Position numbers and translations under genes: made by a program. Shown one piece after another: positions 28,901-40,586 of a DNA stretch of 64,000 nt (within the stretch, counting starts at the first letter, position 1; the number at the start of each line of letters is the position of its first letter). A model generated the notes under the pieces. It was not told where the DNA came from. It searched no databases and saw nothing but the letters and a program-made list of their open reading frames with translations. The DNA is from Lytechinus pictus (lineage: Eukaryota), in contig NC_087251.1 in assembly GCF_037042905.1 (NCBI RefSeq), positions 32,180,001 through 32,244,000 on the forward strand, read 5' to 3'.

Positions 28901-31410
28901 AACAGCATTACATGCCCCAAATTAGTTAGAAATCTTGCGGTTCAAATCACTTCATCAGTTTTAACCAATTCTCATAAAACTTGGAACACATGTTGGTGTT
29001 GGGGTGAAGATGTGCAGACACATTTTTCGCATGTGTTGTAAACTGTTGCCATTGTAACAGTGTAGGGCGGAGGTATAAATCACCTTCAGTGATTGTTCTA
29101 GTTTGCTAGGTGACAAGCTCGTTGAACCCCCCCCCCCCCTTACTATACTGGTGTGAAATATTCAAATTGAAATGGGGTGAAAGCTCTGCAAGAATATAAA
29201 TGGGATTTGTAATCAATTACAGCCAGGACTAACACCTTTCTTCAGAGTTTATGTAGACCATAAATACAACATGTGTGATATTTCCATTGTGTGTTTAGGT
29301 GACAGCTGGAAAGCCTCTTGCCTCTGAATACAGTGAAGAGAACCTTGAACTACTAGAGAAAGGATTCTGTAACCTTAGGAAACAGATTGAGAATACAACA
29401 CATTTTGGAGTGCCATGTGTCGTTGCTATCAACCAGTTTGTGTAAGTCCTCTTTTCCTGTGCATGTAAAATCTTTGCACCATTCTTTTTAGCTATAGATT
29501 CACTGTGTAATTTTATGATTTTTTATGAATTTTTGACTGAAATAATCTCATCAGCCCTCACAGTGAGGGCCTTTCATAATATCAAATAAACAAATATAAA
29601 TTTTCGTGTTTGCAACAGTGGATAATTGATTAAAGTTTAAAATGGAAATGGATTACAAAGTCAAAGAATGTCTCATGAACCCTTTTACCCTTTATTTGAA
29701 CACTGTATTACTTCTAATTTAGACGAATGATGTTCATGTGTTGGTATTTTATTGAGTTATTAATGTACATTGAAGCTCTGCTCCCCCCAAAAAACAAAAC
29801 AAAACAATAAAAAATACCTGTAATAAATAGGTTTTATCTTCTTGCTTGTTACTGTATACTCAATTTTATATTCTTTTGGTATTTCAGAACTGACACCCCC
29901 AATGAGCTAGCCCTTCTCCAGCAGCTATCTAAGGAATGCGGTGCCTTTGATGCTGTAGTATCAAACCATTGGGCTCATGGAGGACAAGGTGCTGTTGATC
30001 TAGCCAAGGCTGTAGAGAGGGCCTGCTACCAGCCAAGCGACTTCAAGTTCCTCTATGACCTTGAGGTGAGCCTGCAACTATGTCTTGGTGGTGGTAGTGG
30101 TTGAAATAGATGTGGTATTTTTTAGTGGAAGTGGTGGTAAATTTGGTAGCAGTGGTGGTGGTGATTTTGGTAGTAATGGTAGATTTGGTATGACTGACTC
30201 TTGTGATCTCACAGGCCATTCCTACAAGGTCACCAGTAAATCTTCACTCATTGCAATTTTCCTTTATTTGTGGATTAATTGAATAATTAAATTTCATACT
30301 AGAAAGACCAAATCTTGTGTGGAATATGTACAATTATGTCCACCTGAAAATAAATTTTGGATTTGGCTGGCGATCTGTCTAATACATTTTTCCCAGCTCA
30401 TCCAATAATTTTATTGTTCCCTCTCATAATCATGCAGTTCTATCTAAATATTTTAGTGCTGTTGTTTCTAAAAATGTACATGAATCTTACTGATAATAGC
30501 CTTATCAATGTTTCACCTCTGTAGCGTCCCGTTGAAGATAAGATATCAACCATCGCCCAGAAGATCTACGGAGCTGATGGCATTGAGCTCTCTGAGGAGG
30601 CACAGAAGAAGATTAATCTGTATCGAAGCCAGGGATTCAACGATCTACCCATCTGTATGGCCAAGACTCATCTCTCCTTGTCACATGACCCGTCTAGGAA
30701 GGGCACGCCCTCTGGATTCACTCTACCAATCAGAGATGTACGAGCCAGCGTAGGGGCGGGATTCCTGTACCCTCTTGTGGGAACCGTAAGTACCATGACC
30801 GGTATTCATTGCCTTAATAATTCCAAAAGATGAATGAAATTAATCATCTGCTTTAAACATAAAAATGATTGTGCAAATAGTTTCCATAGAAATGGGTCAG
30901 CTCAGCATATTTTTCTTGTGAAGACCCTTTCAACCAAGTTGACTTTTACTTGTGATGAAATTATGAAATATGTAATTATTTTCAATTATTTTCATTATAA
31001 TTTGAATGTTATATCAAAGTGAACATGTATGCCAGAGCATTAAATTTATGATTTCTTTTAACTCTGCCACAAGTGTAATTGTCATGGTAACATTGCTTAA
31101 TACCCAATTAGAATAAGATTTCATTATTTCATTAAAGGTTACCCTAAATAGTTACCATAGTTTATATTTATGCATCATCACCATGGGCTTGGAATTTTAA
31201 AAACTTTTCAAACTTGGTCTTTGTAAATCTTCTGCAAACCATGTTTATAAGTCTTTTAAAGTATGTTTATTTATATAATTAAGCTAATGAGTGGTTGATT
31301 TATCTCATTTTGATCTACAGATGAGCACAATGCCTGGCTTGCCGACCAGACCATGTTTCTATGACATCGACATTGACACCGATAATGAAACAATCTTTGG
31401 TCTCTTCTAA
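1916..31410 (+). CDS. MTHFD1: C-1-tetrahydrofolate synthase (methylene-THF dehydrogenase/cyclohydrolase + formyl-THF synthetase), 20 coding exons, 933 aa
   Basis: GT-AG exons with consistent phases: 1916-1950, 7111-7195, 8167-8226, 8668-8721, 10196-10332, 11254-11354, 11727-11863, 12839-12950, 22111-22280, 23043-23272, 23645-23828, 24374-24556, 25267-25369, 26133-26419, 26875-26986, 27886-28025, 29299-29441, 29888-30065, 30525-30785, 31321-31410 (2802 nt including TAA). Recognised motifs: YxxxK (YIKFK), [105 protein letters not shown]. Confidence 0.97.
2437..2883. mobile_element. MITE with 30-bp TIRs and 5-bp TSD (TCCAT)
   Basis: CAGTAGAGGCGCACGGCCAATATGGGAGAC ... GTCTCCCATATTGGCCGTGCGCCTCTACTG; TCCAT at 2432-2436 and 2884-2888; subterminal GGAGAC repeats. 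Confidence 0.85.
2915..4794. mobile_element. Non-autonomous DNA transposon, 1.9 kb, 7-bp TSD (ACTTAAG); P- or hAT-related
   Basis: TIR CAAGGCTC(C/G)ACATTA at both ends; subterminal GGTGGCCC/GGGCCACC repeats; ACTTAAG on both flanks; A-rich non-coding interior. Confidence 0.85.
5486..6400. mobile_element. Degenerate relative of the 2915-4794 element
   Basis: Starts CTAGGCTCCACACTA and has GGTGGCCC/GGGCCACC motif clusters at both ends; termini eroded. Confidence 0.5.
6780..7100. repeat. CT-rich minisatellite (about 35-40 bp unit) directly upstream of MTHFD1 exon 2
   Basis: Repeated CTCCTTGTCTTTTCCTGTCTCTCATTCTGTCTCCC-like units. Confidence 0.85.
7271..7477. mobile_element. Short hAT-like MITE
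   Basis: CAGGGGCGGAACCAG ... CTGGATCCGCCACTG, flanked by CCTAAGTG / CCTAAGGG (8 bp, 1 mismatch). Confidence 0.65.
8340..8502. repeat. (GAT/GGT)n trinucleotide microsatellite
   Basis: Visible directly; it produces spurious poly-His/Asp/Met ORFs. Confidence 0.95.
9032..9431. mobile_element. TTAA-flanked MITE (Kolobok-like ends)
   Basis: TTAA|AGGTAAATTCCAGT ... ACTGTAATTTAGCT|TTAA. Confidence 0.65.
9976..10115. mobile_element. Short palindromic MITE
   Basis: CCCTGTTGCATAAAAGT...ATGGTAACTTT mirrored by AAAGTTACCAT...ACTTTTATGCAACAGGG. Confidence 0.7.
13264..13787. mobile_element. Palindromic TTAA-flanked MITE (Kolobok-like)
   Basis: TTAA|AGGGATGGTCTGGGCTGAAA ... TTTCAGCCCGGACCATTCCT|TTAA, with about 180-bp imperfect inverted arms. 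Confidence 0.85.
16232..16394. mobile_element. Short palindromic MITE; related copies at about 46370-46553 and a fragment at about 39170-39220
   Basis: CTGGGGAGCGTTTCAT ... ATGAAACGCCCCCCAG termini, recurring elsewhere in the window. Confidence 0.75.
20921..21140. repeat. Tandem duplication of about 110 bp (2 copies)
   Basis: ACTTCACTAGAAA...TGTTACCATTGATGCTAGTA at 20921 and again at 21031. Confidence 0.85.
24631..24802. repeat. (GAT/GGT)n microsatellite
   Basis: Visible directly. Confidence 0.95.
27185..27335 (+). ncRNA. SNORD15: Box C/D snoRNA of the U15/SNORD15 family in MTHFD1 intron 15
   Basis: Terminal stem CCTC/GAGG; C box GTGATGA 27190-27196; D' CTGA 27210-27213 preceded by GATGACGAGG; C'-like GTGATGC 27303-27309; D box CTGA 27328-27331 preceded by CGAGGCATTTGT. 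Both guides are complementary to the conserved 28S rRNA segment GCCAAATGCCTCGTCATC. The 3' end GAGGCATTTGTCTGAG matches vertebrate U15 as recalled. Confidence 0.9.
28421..29103. mobile_element. Non-autonomous element with internal tandem core repeats (Helentron/DINE-like architecture)
   Basis: 5' CCCCCCGCC with subterminal complement GGCGGAGG near the 3' end; GGTCA/GTCA microsatellite; four copies of an AACCAATTCTCAT core; 3' small hairpin followed by CTAGTT. Confidence 0.55.
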
Positions 31411-34153
31411 ATGAATGATCTCGTCCTTGTTCTTTTGGCAACCAAGGAATTATTTCGTCCATGGAGATTGGCTGTTGATATGGCATGTATTCTTATTAAT
31501 AATTATCATTTGAACAGGACTGATATGTTAATTCATTGTGTTGGACCTTATTGTACCGTATGGAATCTCTGTGATGTGCACATTTATTCTTCTCTCATGT
31601 TTTACAAGTTTACAGGTGTGCTCAATTATTTTATCATTAAAATTGTCCCTTTGTTGGGTATTAATAATGAATACAACATTACAGTGTCACACATGACTCT
31701 ACTCACAATAAAAGCAAACATGCTTCAGCTTTATGATGTGCACCATTTTGAAATTCTATTGACTCTGAGTTGATGTACTGTACACAGATAGTATTACCAT
31801 TGCATTCAATATTTGACATATTTTTTACATTCCCCCCCCAAATATTTGTAATATGCAGATATTAAATTGAGTTAACTAAAATGGATGTTTAGAATGTTGA
31901 AAAATTATTGGTAAATTTGAACATTTTTATCTGATATCCAACCATGTAAATTTATACATTCCTTTGACAAACAGTCAGAGTTGAAAAGAAGTCGTCATTT
32001 TAATGTTGGAGTAGATCATTCAGATGCGCTCTTGATTAGTGAGAAAAAGATCTGTCAGCCAGCCTGATAAGAAATGTAAAATGATGTCCAATAGCGCAAA
32101 AATGTACATTATTCAGTGTGTGAATTAGACTTCTATCAAGCGTAGATGCTTGCAGCAATCTTGCATTATGTCTTGGCTTGGACAATGATTTTTGTATGAA
32201 AAAAATGTTTTTTATAGGATATTATCTTGGAGTTCCATCAAATTATGTTTCATTTATTTCGTGAAAAAAAATTGTATTAATGAAGTAAGAAATTTGTACA
32301 TGTTGTAGAGGTTTATAGGCTGTTTGTCTTCAATAATGTAATTAGATTTGTATATAATTATAAGATTATTTAGTGTTTTTCTAGTTCTATATAAATCTAA
32401 CTGAAATTCTGATGATGTTTCCCATTTTATCATGAAAATATTCTATTCTCTTTCTCAATAATGCATTGCCAGCTTTAATGCTAGGGAGGGCTGAGGTTCG
32501 AGGCAGACTTGTTTCCTCAAAACTATAAATATTTTTTAAAAGGAAAAAAATATATTGTCTGCTATTATGAGTTGCGATTGACTTAGTTCACATGAGGATG
32601 TAAATGAGAGAAAATAGCAAGGCCTGAGAAGGATATTATGAAATTTATTTGTAAGATGTGCCTTTGATAAATCTTGAATATAGGACATTATATATTGGCA
32701 ACAAAGTTCTGCCAGAGCTAAATGGTTACCTTTAGCATTACTGAAGTGTGTTTACGATGGAATGTTGATAATATTTGTATCTACTCGGCATTATGGATGT
32801 TCTTATGTGATCTTATGTATTTATCGCTGTGATTGTTTACATGAAATTGACTTTTATGTATGTTTCAAATATAAATACTTGTGTGGTTTTAAGGCCTGTA
32901 ATGGGGCTTTTTTTTATCCCTAATAAATGAAGAAGAATCCATGAATATTCATATTAAATCAATGCAAGAGTCCAGAGTTTATATAGTAGAAAGAGGATGG
33001 GCCCCTTTACACTGAGATGGTGGCATAATGCAGACAAGTTCTATATATTATTTGGTTATTTCACATTATCATTGTATCAACTAATGCATGTTTATCTGGT
33101 ATATGTTGTGTGTACAGATCACCGTTGGCAATTAATCTGTCTTACACTGATGTTAAAATTCATTGGTGTGGTTAGTTGGGTATGATGTATTTTGTTTATC
33201 GAGCACTATCTTTTATGTAGCACAATGCAAATTACAATCTATTCTTTTTTGGTGATTTTTTTTGGTATTATGTTTTTGCTATTTTGTTTTCCCTTTGTGT
33301 AATAATCTGGGATATGATCCAATCAGTGAATACTGTTGTATGAAAAAAATGTATTTTGTTTGAAATTAAAGGTTAACATTATTTAATTATCGTCTGACTT
33401 GACTTTTGTAATGAGATCTTATAATTTTTTTAGATCTTTTTTTCTTTAGAAAGAAGAAAATACAATAATTTTAAGTATATGCTATTCATCACAGCAGTCA
33501 CGTTTTCGACTCACAAGTGAGTTTAAGCCAAAATGATATTAAGTAGGCCTATTAATGCATGTATCTTCACAGTTGACCATTACATTATATAAAACGGATT
33601 TGGTTGTTTTAGTTGCCACAATTTGACAGGTATTGTGGGTAAAACATCCATTTCATTTTCTAAAATTGTGATGGAAACAGTCAGACACACGATTCATAGT
33701 TGATTCTGTATAAAAATCATACATAGCTGTACAGCTTATGGACAGTTTAAAACTCCCCGATTCCTTGTCATACCTTTGCACAACTGAATGAATGTCTATT
33801 ATAATACATTTCAATAAGCCACCATAAATTTATTTACTGGTATGCAATGCAGCCAAGAAAAAATATAATTGATCTCCACATGATGTAAAATACTATCGAC
33901 TGTCTATTACTGTTCATCTTACTCAAAACAATAGTCAAAATGACTGTCCATCCCATAGAAAAGTAGGGAAAATTCAGAAGCATGGATGTGTGATAGGCTG
34001 CCATAGAAGGCTTGTCACTTGGAAAGAAGATGAGAATTCGTATATGCTTTGATTCAATCACATAATGTGGAGCAATATGAAATGCACAAACGGATGACTC
34101 GACGATGTTGAATCTGTCAGGGTCATTGAACCTGTCATGCAGACGCAGTGGAT

Positions 34154-34483
34154 AGTGATGATGATGGTAATTATGGTGGAGATGTTGATGATGATGATTG
34201 TAATGATTATGATGGTGATTATGATGAAAATGATGGTGGTGGTGATGATGACGGTGATGGTGATGATGATGTTGATTATAATGAAAATGATGGTCGTGGT
34301 GATGATGATGGTGATGATCTTGATGGTGGTGAGTGGTGACACTGATGATGATGGTGGCGGTAATGGTGATGATGATGATGGTGGTGACACATGATGATGA
34401 TGATGATGGTGGTAACTGATGATTATGGTGGTGATGATGATAATGATGGTGTTGATGTGGTAATGGTGATGGTGGTGATGATG
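34154..34483. repeat. (GAT/GGT)n microsatellite
   Basis: Visible directly. Confidence 0.95.
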
Positions 34484-35360
34484 GCATATAACTGCCAATA
34501 TTAAATAAGAATCTTCTTATTTTTTTTGGGGGGGGACAAGAAATCTACCATTCTAACCATTTTAACTCGTGTGTTCCTATTTCTGTGATTTTTTTTGTAC
34601 CATTGAATAGGAAATTCAAGAGAACACCGATTTTCATAAATTTCTTAGTAAATTAATTCTATTTCTTGGTTTACAGGATTGGATGTGATGATGATGGACG
34701 TGCTCTATCAAAGAACAATAATAACTGTGGCTAATGTAATCTACTGTACTTGCCTTTTTCTATTTGAAACAAATTTTCTTTTGATTTTTTTGAATTGGTT
34801 TAAATAAGGTAAGCTCACTTCCTACCATAAATACCTACGAAATAATGTAACCTGCATGTTGAAAACTTCCATCTAAAATGATAGGTCGACATTTCACTAT
34901 CGGGACAGTATGCAACTAATGAGTACTTTGATACAAGTATCATGATATACTTTTTCAATATCTGTCGTTTCATCTATAGCTCAATCTTTTTCTACTTATC
35001 TATATTTGGTTAATTATGAATTTAAAAGAGTAAAGCTGAATGTCTGTTTCTATTTAATATACCGAGCTAACTAAGGAGCTACTATATACTTTTTATTTCA
35101 CTGATGAAATATTCTACAACTAGGATGCACAAAATTAATGACTGGGATAATTTCAATGAAAACAAATGGAGTTTTTTTATGAATGAACTTTTCACTGAAC
35201 ATTAGACCTGCCAGTTTCCAATCGTTACCAACCAAATGAACCCCTTCTGACTTATCTGAACAGAGACATGCAGACACAAACAAATGAACAAAATTAATAT
35301 TCTTATTCTTAACTAGCAGCATGGAAGAAGAAATAATTTTCGGAATGAAACTGGTAAAAC

Positions 35361-37244
35361 TCATTTTTTCTTGAGAAACACGTAGAAGCTTGTGTTGTCA
35401 CAAATGGCGATCTCACCGCTGGAAAATTCTCTCATCATACGAAACTCCCCATTGAATGGGAAGTCGGAAAGGACGGTGTTCACGTACTTGAGATGGTGAC
35501 TGTACATCTCAACACAGAGCACACCTTCATCCTTCACCCAACCTATGAGAATATTGTCATCCCGTAGAACGGCCATCCGACCCGAGATGAAACGTCTGTC
35601 GACCTCGTGTTTCACCCTGCCCTTATCATCGACAACCCTGACTGTGAGAAGATCACGAACCACCAACATCTTGCAGTGACGCATAGGACAGATCTCGACT
35701 GGTTCATAGTCGTGACAAGCAAGCTCATTGATAGGTGCCCCGCCCTCTGGATTGAACACCAAGATCTTCTTAGCTGACCAGTAACCGACGTAGATGTGAT
35801 CCTCCACGTCCACACCCAGGCCTCCAAAACCGTCTTCACGGAGCGTCTCGAATTCTACATCCTCTTTCTTCCATTCACGTGTGTAGAGGGATATGACATG
35901 CTTCTCGTTTTGCACCACGAAGCGACCATCGGACAGGACAGCCACATGCCCAACATTTTCATCGTGGAGTACTGTCTTTGAGGACCTTCTACCACCTTGC
36001 GTGGAAGGCCTGTACATGAGCTTGGTCGGCGTTCGCACCATTTCCTGTGGTCCGTCTACCGTGAAGAGCTCAACACCACCACCCAAATACCCAACGGCCA
36101 TTTTGCCATCAAGTACAGGTACAAGGTCATACACATCTGATCCAGATAGAGGAAAATCGTTTATCTTGTCCATAGTCCAGTTGTTCAAGATTACTTCACC
36201 TAGACCCAGCTTATCTCGATAGAGCCTCAATTCAACATTCGCTGCCCTCTTTGTGATGTTCGTCGCTTGTTCGTCGCTCGGTTCACGATGTTTCAACAGT
36301 TTCTGCAAATCAGCTGTGATGTTATTGTGAACACTAAGAGCCTGGCCCTCCAGCAGAACCTTGGCTCCATTGTTGACTAATTCAGAAGCGCTCTTATAGC
36401 CATCTATCAACTGGACATCGCTGTCTCTTGCGTGTTGCAGTTCAGCCATGAGAACTTCTCTATGTCCCTTGCACATGTCTATCAGCTTTGTCTTTTTCTC
36501 CAACAGCGCTGTTAGACTCTCCTCAAACATTTCGTTGATGCTCACTATCCTTTCATCAATGATTTCATCAACCTTTGTTGATTCTTCATCCACGACCTTC
36601 ACGTGGTTCTCGACTATTGCTATCTTCTGTTGGGTTTTCTCCAGAAGAGTTCCGATATCAGATTTAATTCTCATCAAGAACTCGGGCACTTCCTCGACAC
36701 GATGGTCAGGCCCAGAGTGGTTCTCCATACGGCACCTTAGGCAGATTGCTACTTTACAGGAAGTGCAGATGCATTCTCGTTCATTTGATGGATGCTTAGG
36801 ACAAGTCTCTTTGACCTTAACTCCACCGGTCTTGATGTCATCAACGTTCACCACTTCGTGTTTTGCGTTTTTCTTCCATTTCCTGTGGACATCCAGACAA
36901 TCTTCACACAGATGATCCTGACAGGTTTGGCAATATGCCACAGCCGTAGATTCCTCCCCCTCTTCGCATACAGAACAAAGCTTCTCCGCGCTCATCATAG
37001 CTTCCAATTTTGCCTCAAGTTCGGTGTTGATTTCTAATGTAGAAACATCACTGTCATTGATGGTACTAATCTTCAAACAATCTGGGCAAGACAGCTCCGC
37101 GTCTTTCATTTGAGACTTTAATACAAGGGACAAGCATTTCTTACAAAATGTATGTCCACACGAAAGAAGTTTTGGATCTTCTGGCAGATCATGACATATG
37201 GAGCAATCCAATTTCTTGGATTCTTCTGGGTCTTGGCTTGCCAT
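35361..37244 (-). CDS. TRIM family E3 ubiquitin ligase (RING, B-box1, B-box2, coiled coil, NHL-like beta-propeller; TRIM56/TRIM2/3/71-like), 627 aa, single coding exon
   Basis: C3HC4 RING CSIC...CGHTFCKKC...CPDC; B-boxes CSVC...CQTCQDHLCEDCLDVH and CPKH...CTSCKVAICLRCRMENH; helical middle region; C-terminal repeats such as GGLGVDVEDHIYVG. Likely 5'UTR intron 37253-37538 (minus strand CAG|gtgaga ... ttctctag|ACACCGAGATG). Confidence 0.92.
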   Translation of the reverse strand: MASQDPEESKKLDCSICHDLPEDPKLLSCGHTFCKKCLSLVLKSQMKDAELSCPDCLKISTINDSDVSTLEINTELEAKLEAMMSAEKLCSVCEEGEESTAVAYCQTCQDHLCEDCLDVHRKWKKNAKHEVVNVDDIKTGGVKVKETCPKHPSNERECICTSCKVAICLRCRMENHSGPDHRVEEVPEFLMRIKSDIGTLLEKTQQKIAIVENHVKVVDEESTKVDEIIDERIVSINEMFEESLTALLEKKTKLIDMCKGHREVLMAELQHARDSDVQLIDGYKSASELVNNGAKVLLEGQALSVHNNITADLQKLLKHREPSDEQATNITKRAANVELRLYRDKLGLGEVILNNWTMDKINDFPLSGSDVYDLVPVLDGKMAVGYLGGGVELFTVDGPQEMVRTPTKLMYRPSTQGGRRSSKTVLHDENVGHVAVLSDGRFVVQNEKHVISLYTREWKKEDVEFETLREDGFGGLGVDVEDHIYVGYWSAKKILVFNPEGGAPINELACHDYEPVEICPMRHCKMLVVRDLLTVRVVDDKGRVKHEVDRRFISGRMAVLRDDNILIGWVKDEGVLCVEMYSHHLKYVNTVLSDFPFNGEFRMMREFSSGEIAICDNTSFYVFLKKK

Positions 37245-40200
37245 CTCGGTGTCTAGAGAAGATAGATGTGAAAATAGAAGAATGTCTATATTTATGAAAA
37301 TAAAACAAGTACGTCATTGACATCGACATGTCTCTTCATTTATATTAAAACATATAAAATATTAATCATTAATTTTAAGCAGTGTATCCATGAGTTTATG
37401 AAAAGCCCAATAAACACACTGTATTCTGCATCTCTTGTTATCTTTTGAGAGATAAGGCTATACTTAAATATTATTATTAATATTATTCTAACGGTTAATA
37501 CACAACATTTTTTTAATCAATTGAAGCGTAGATCTCACCTGTAACTTGCAAATTTCAATTATTTCTCCAAGTTTCATCTACCGTTTCAAATTTCCAACTT
37601 TGACTTCCTCTACAAAATACAGGGTCCTTTAATAAATAACAGAGTTTTTAGATAGTAAATAAAAATAAAATTGAAGTGAACAATATCCGTCATGTCAATG
37701 TTCATCCAGGCTCGCATAACAGCACGATCATTCGTTCCCGTTGGTTGATAGATTCTGACTGATACATCATCAAACAGAAAATTGAGTTTGATTAAACTTA
37801 TGTTTTACAATTACAATGGAAAAATCTAACAGCTGCACAGAGATTAATTGAAAATTAAAACAATGATGAATAGTGTCCTCGGTTAGCGTTGAATTGAAAT
37901 ATGAAATACTCTTTCCGTCCTTTGTCTTTACCACTATCGATTCTACGATTGATTTTTTGAGGAGAATATAGGCTGTCTGATTTACCAAGTGTGATCCACA
38001 GACAAAAAGACATCTATTACTATTATTATATAGGAGCGCCTTGAGCACAAATCCTATATTATAATTTATTAGATATTAGTAATGCCTAATTAGAATACGA
38101 CTCTATTGTGTAATGTTGCTAGAACACTAAGCTTATGATAATGCAGTTCTTAGTAATATAGGCTTATTATTTCGTCTCTCTCTACCACAGACCTTAAATC
38201 AATCTCAAAATACAAATTTCGACATTTTTATTACAAAAATCTAATTTTGTAATTAAAATGTCATTATATCCAGAAAATAATATAATGTTTCACCCTTCTC
38301 GGGTTTTTTTTTTTTTGGGGGGTGGGGGCGGGGGGAGCAAAAGCTCCACCATCTGGACGCCACTGCCACTGTTTGTTTTGTTTCTTAATTAGACGAAAAA
38401 TATATTTTGTTTCCTAGACGAAAGTTATGGCTCATTACTACATGTATATATTTTTGTTGTGTTTCTAAGACAAAGTTTGTAACTGAAATTAAAGGCAGAT
38501 TCACACATTATTCTGCGCAATTTGTTCCCGATACACCTCAGCTTTTATCCTTTGCAAAATGTAATTTATTAGGTTAAAACTCTCCCGTTGAAATAAAGAA
38601 GGAAATTAGACCAAATACAGTAAGACAAACAAGACGAAGGAAATAAGCGAAACAGAGAGGATTATTAGCAAACCATTTCAGAAAATGGAAAAAATTATTT
38701 TTTAGAGATGCTGAGGCGAAATGAAGAGGGAAGGGGGTGAAGGGTGAAGGAAGGAATGAAGGAAGGAAGGGAAGAAAGAAAGACAGGGAGGAAACCTCAC
38801 TAGAGGTATATATAGAGGGGGAAAGGGAGGCATATATGCAGAAGGAAAGTGCTGTGTCGTACGGAGGTAGAGGGTTATTAGTGTATCATACTTTCATGTC
38901 CGGTGTTCGAAAGTCGATTTATGAATTTCCAAACAGGTTGATTTGAATGAAAAGAGGAAAATCAGACAAGCATACCGCTAAAAATAACTATATGGTCGAT
39001 GTCAAATATGAAATCAAAACACGTTTGATGATTGCGACCGAGATCTTTGGAAATTGTATTTTCTGGACCAACAGTCCTGCACTTAATTGCAGATAATATT
39101 AGTTTCAATTCGATGCACTTTATTTTCATCCTTTTGAAAGTGAGAGGCAAGAATTTGCACTTACAGACCAGGGGAGCGTTACATGAAAGGACTTAATTGT
39201 CGGACGTTTTATCTGACAAATAAAAAAAAAATTATGATTTAAAAAACCCATAAAGTTTATGGAAAGTTGCTGGTAGAATCCTGGTTTTATTTAATGCAGG
39301 TTTGCACTATTTGAATCGGTAGGACTGATGAAGATCAATTCCAGCAACAATTAAATGCACAATAACAAACAACGTATATAGGATGTCAAAGGCAAAGAAG
39401 CGTAGCAGACGATATTAATATGTCGGGCTTTACATAAATTAACTTACGCAACATACATGTTATGAATAGCTCGTTTCGCACGTGTATCTCCAGCTGAGAG
39501 ACTGGTACAAAATCTCCAGCGTTGATCACCGCATGCTTTAGTGCGTACAGAGGCAGAGATAGTAATATGATTATACCAGTCTTTATCATTATGTAACTTC
39601 GATTTTATAACCAGGGAAGTCCTATTGTCGGAGTAGAACTGACGAGCTTGACTGTAAACGCTTGACCAAACTGACCAGAGCAACTATAGCAGACGTGTGA
39701 AGTGAATGCTTACGAACGGTAGTTCAGCTGTGGTGGATTCCTTCCCAAAACCAGAGGTAAGTGTTATAAATGTTGCTATTTCATTTTCGATTTCTTCACT
39801 TAGCTTAATATGTTTTTTCTTATGATTTTTATTCTTATAAATGATGTGATCCGGGATGTGATGCTGCAATGTATGATTTTATTTATCACGAAATCAAAGA
39901 GCAGAATATACCGGGGATATACAGTACCCTTCCATATATGTTTGCATGGAACTATATTATATAAATGTATATATACGTTGATTACTATTCTCTCGATCTG
40001 CCAACTGATATCACGGGAAACTGTTCATTTTTGTCCACAATTTCGTGTAACATTCTTTCTTCAAACAGCATGAACTAACATTTGGAGTATTAATATGTCG
40101 GAAAGGGATAAAGCACGCCAACTAAAAAATTATTATGAACTAAGTGCCTTGGCTTTATGGCTTTTGAAAAAAAAAGTAAATAGCAATTATTAGAAGTTAT

Positions 40201-40586
40201 TGAAACAGAAAACCTTTCTTTTCGTCTTCTATTACAGCTGAATATTCACCCTGCATATATGCACTGCTCACAATTAGCGGCTGCATGGCTTATAACTCGG
40301 CTTATGTTCACTAAAAAGGCTAGAATTATAAAATGCAACGCATCTAATATTCACGTTGCTCTTTAAAGAAGATCGAGAAACAAATGAATAAAACTCATGA
40401 ATGCATTGTACTTCTGAGTTTTTTTTTCTTGCATTTTTTCTTGATCGCATCTTATGGATGACAATATACGTCACTCCAAATTTTATTATCTCACTCTACC
40501 GCTTGACTTTTCATATTACCCATTTATCATATTAACATCGTTCGGTCTTCCCCAATATTGCAGATTGTTTGAATTGACCAACCCTA

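Noticed and set aside
33834..34498. Long His/Ile/Met/Asp-rich ORFs (also 8266-8590 and 24562-24873)
   Set aside because: They are translations of (GAT/GGT)n microsatellites, open in several frames on both strands.
35612..37037. ORFs overlapping or antisense to the TRIM gene
   Set aside because: They are shadow frames of the real coding sequence with no independent features.
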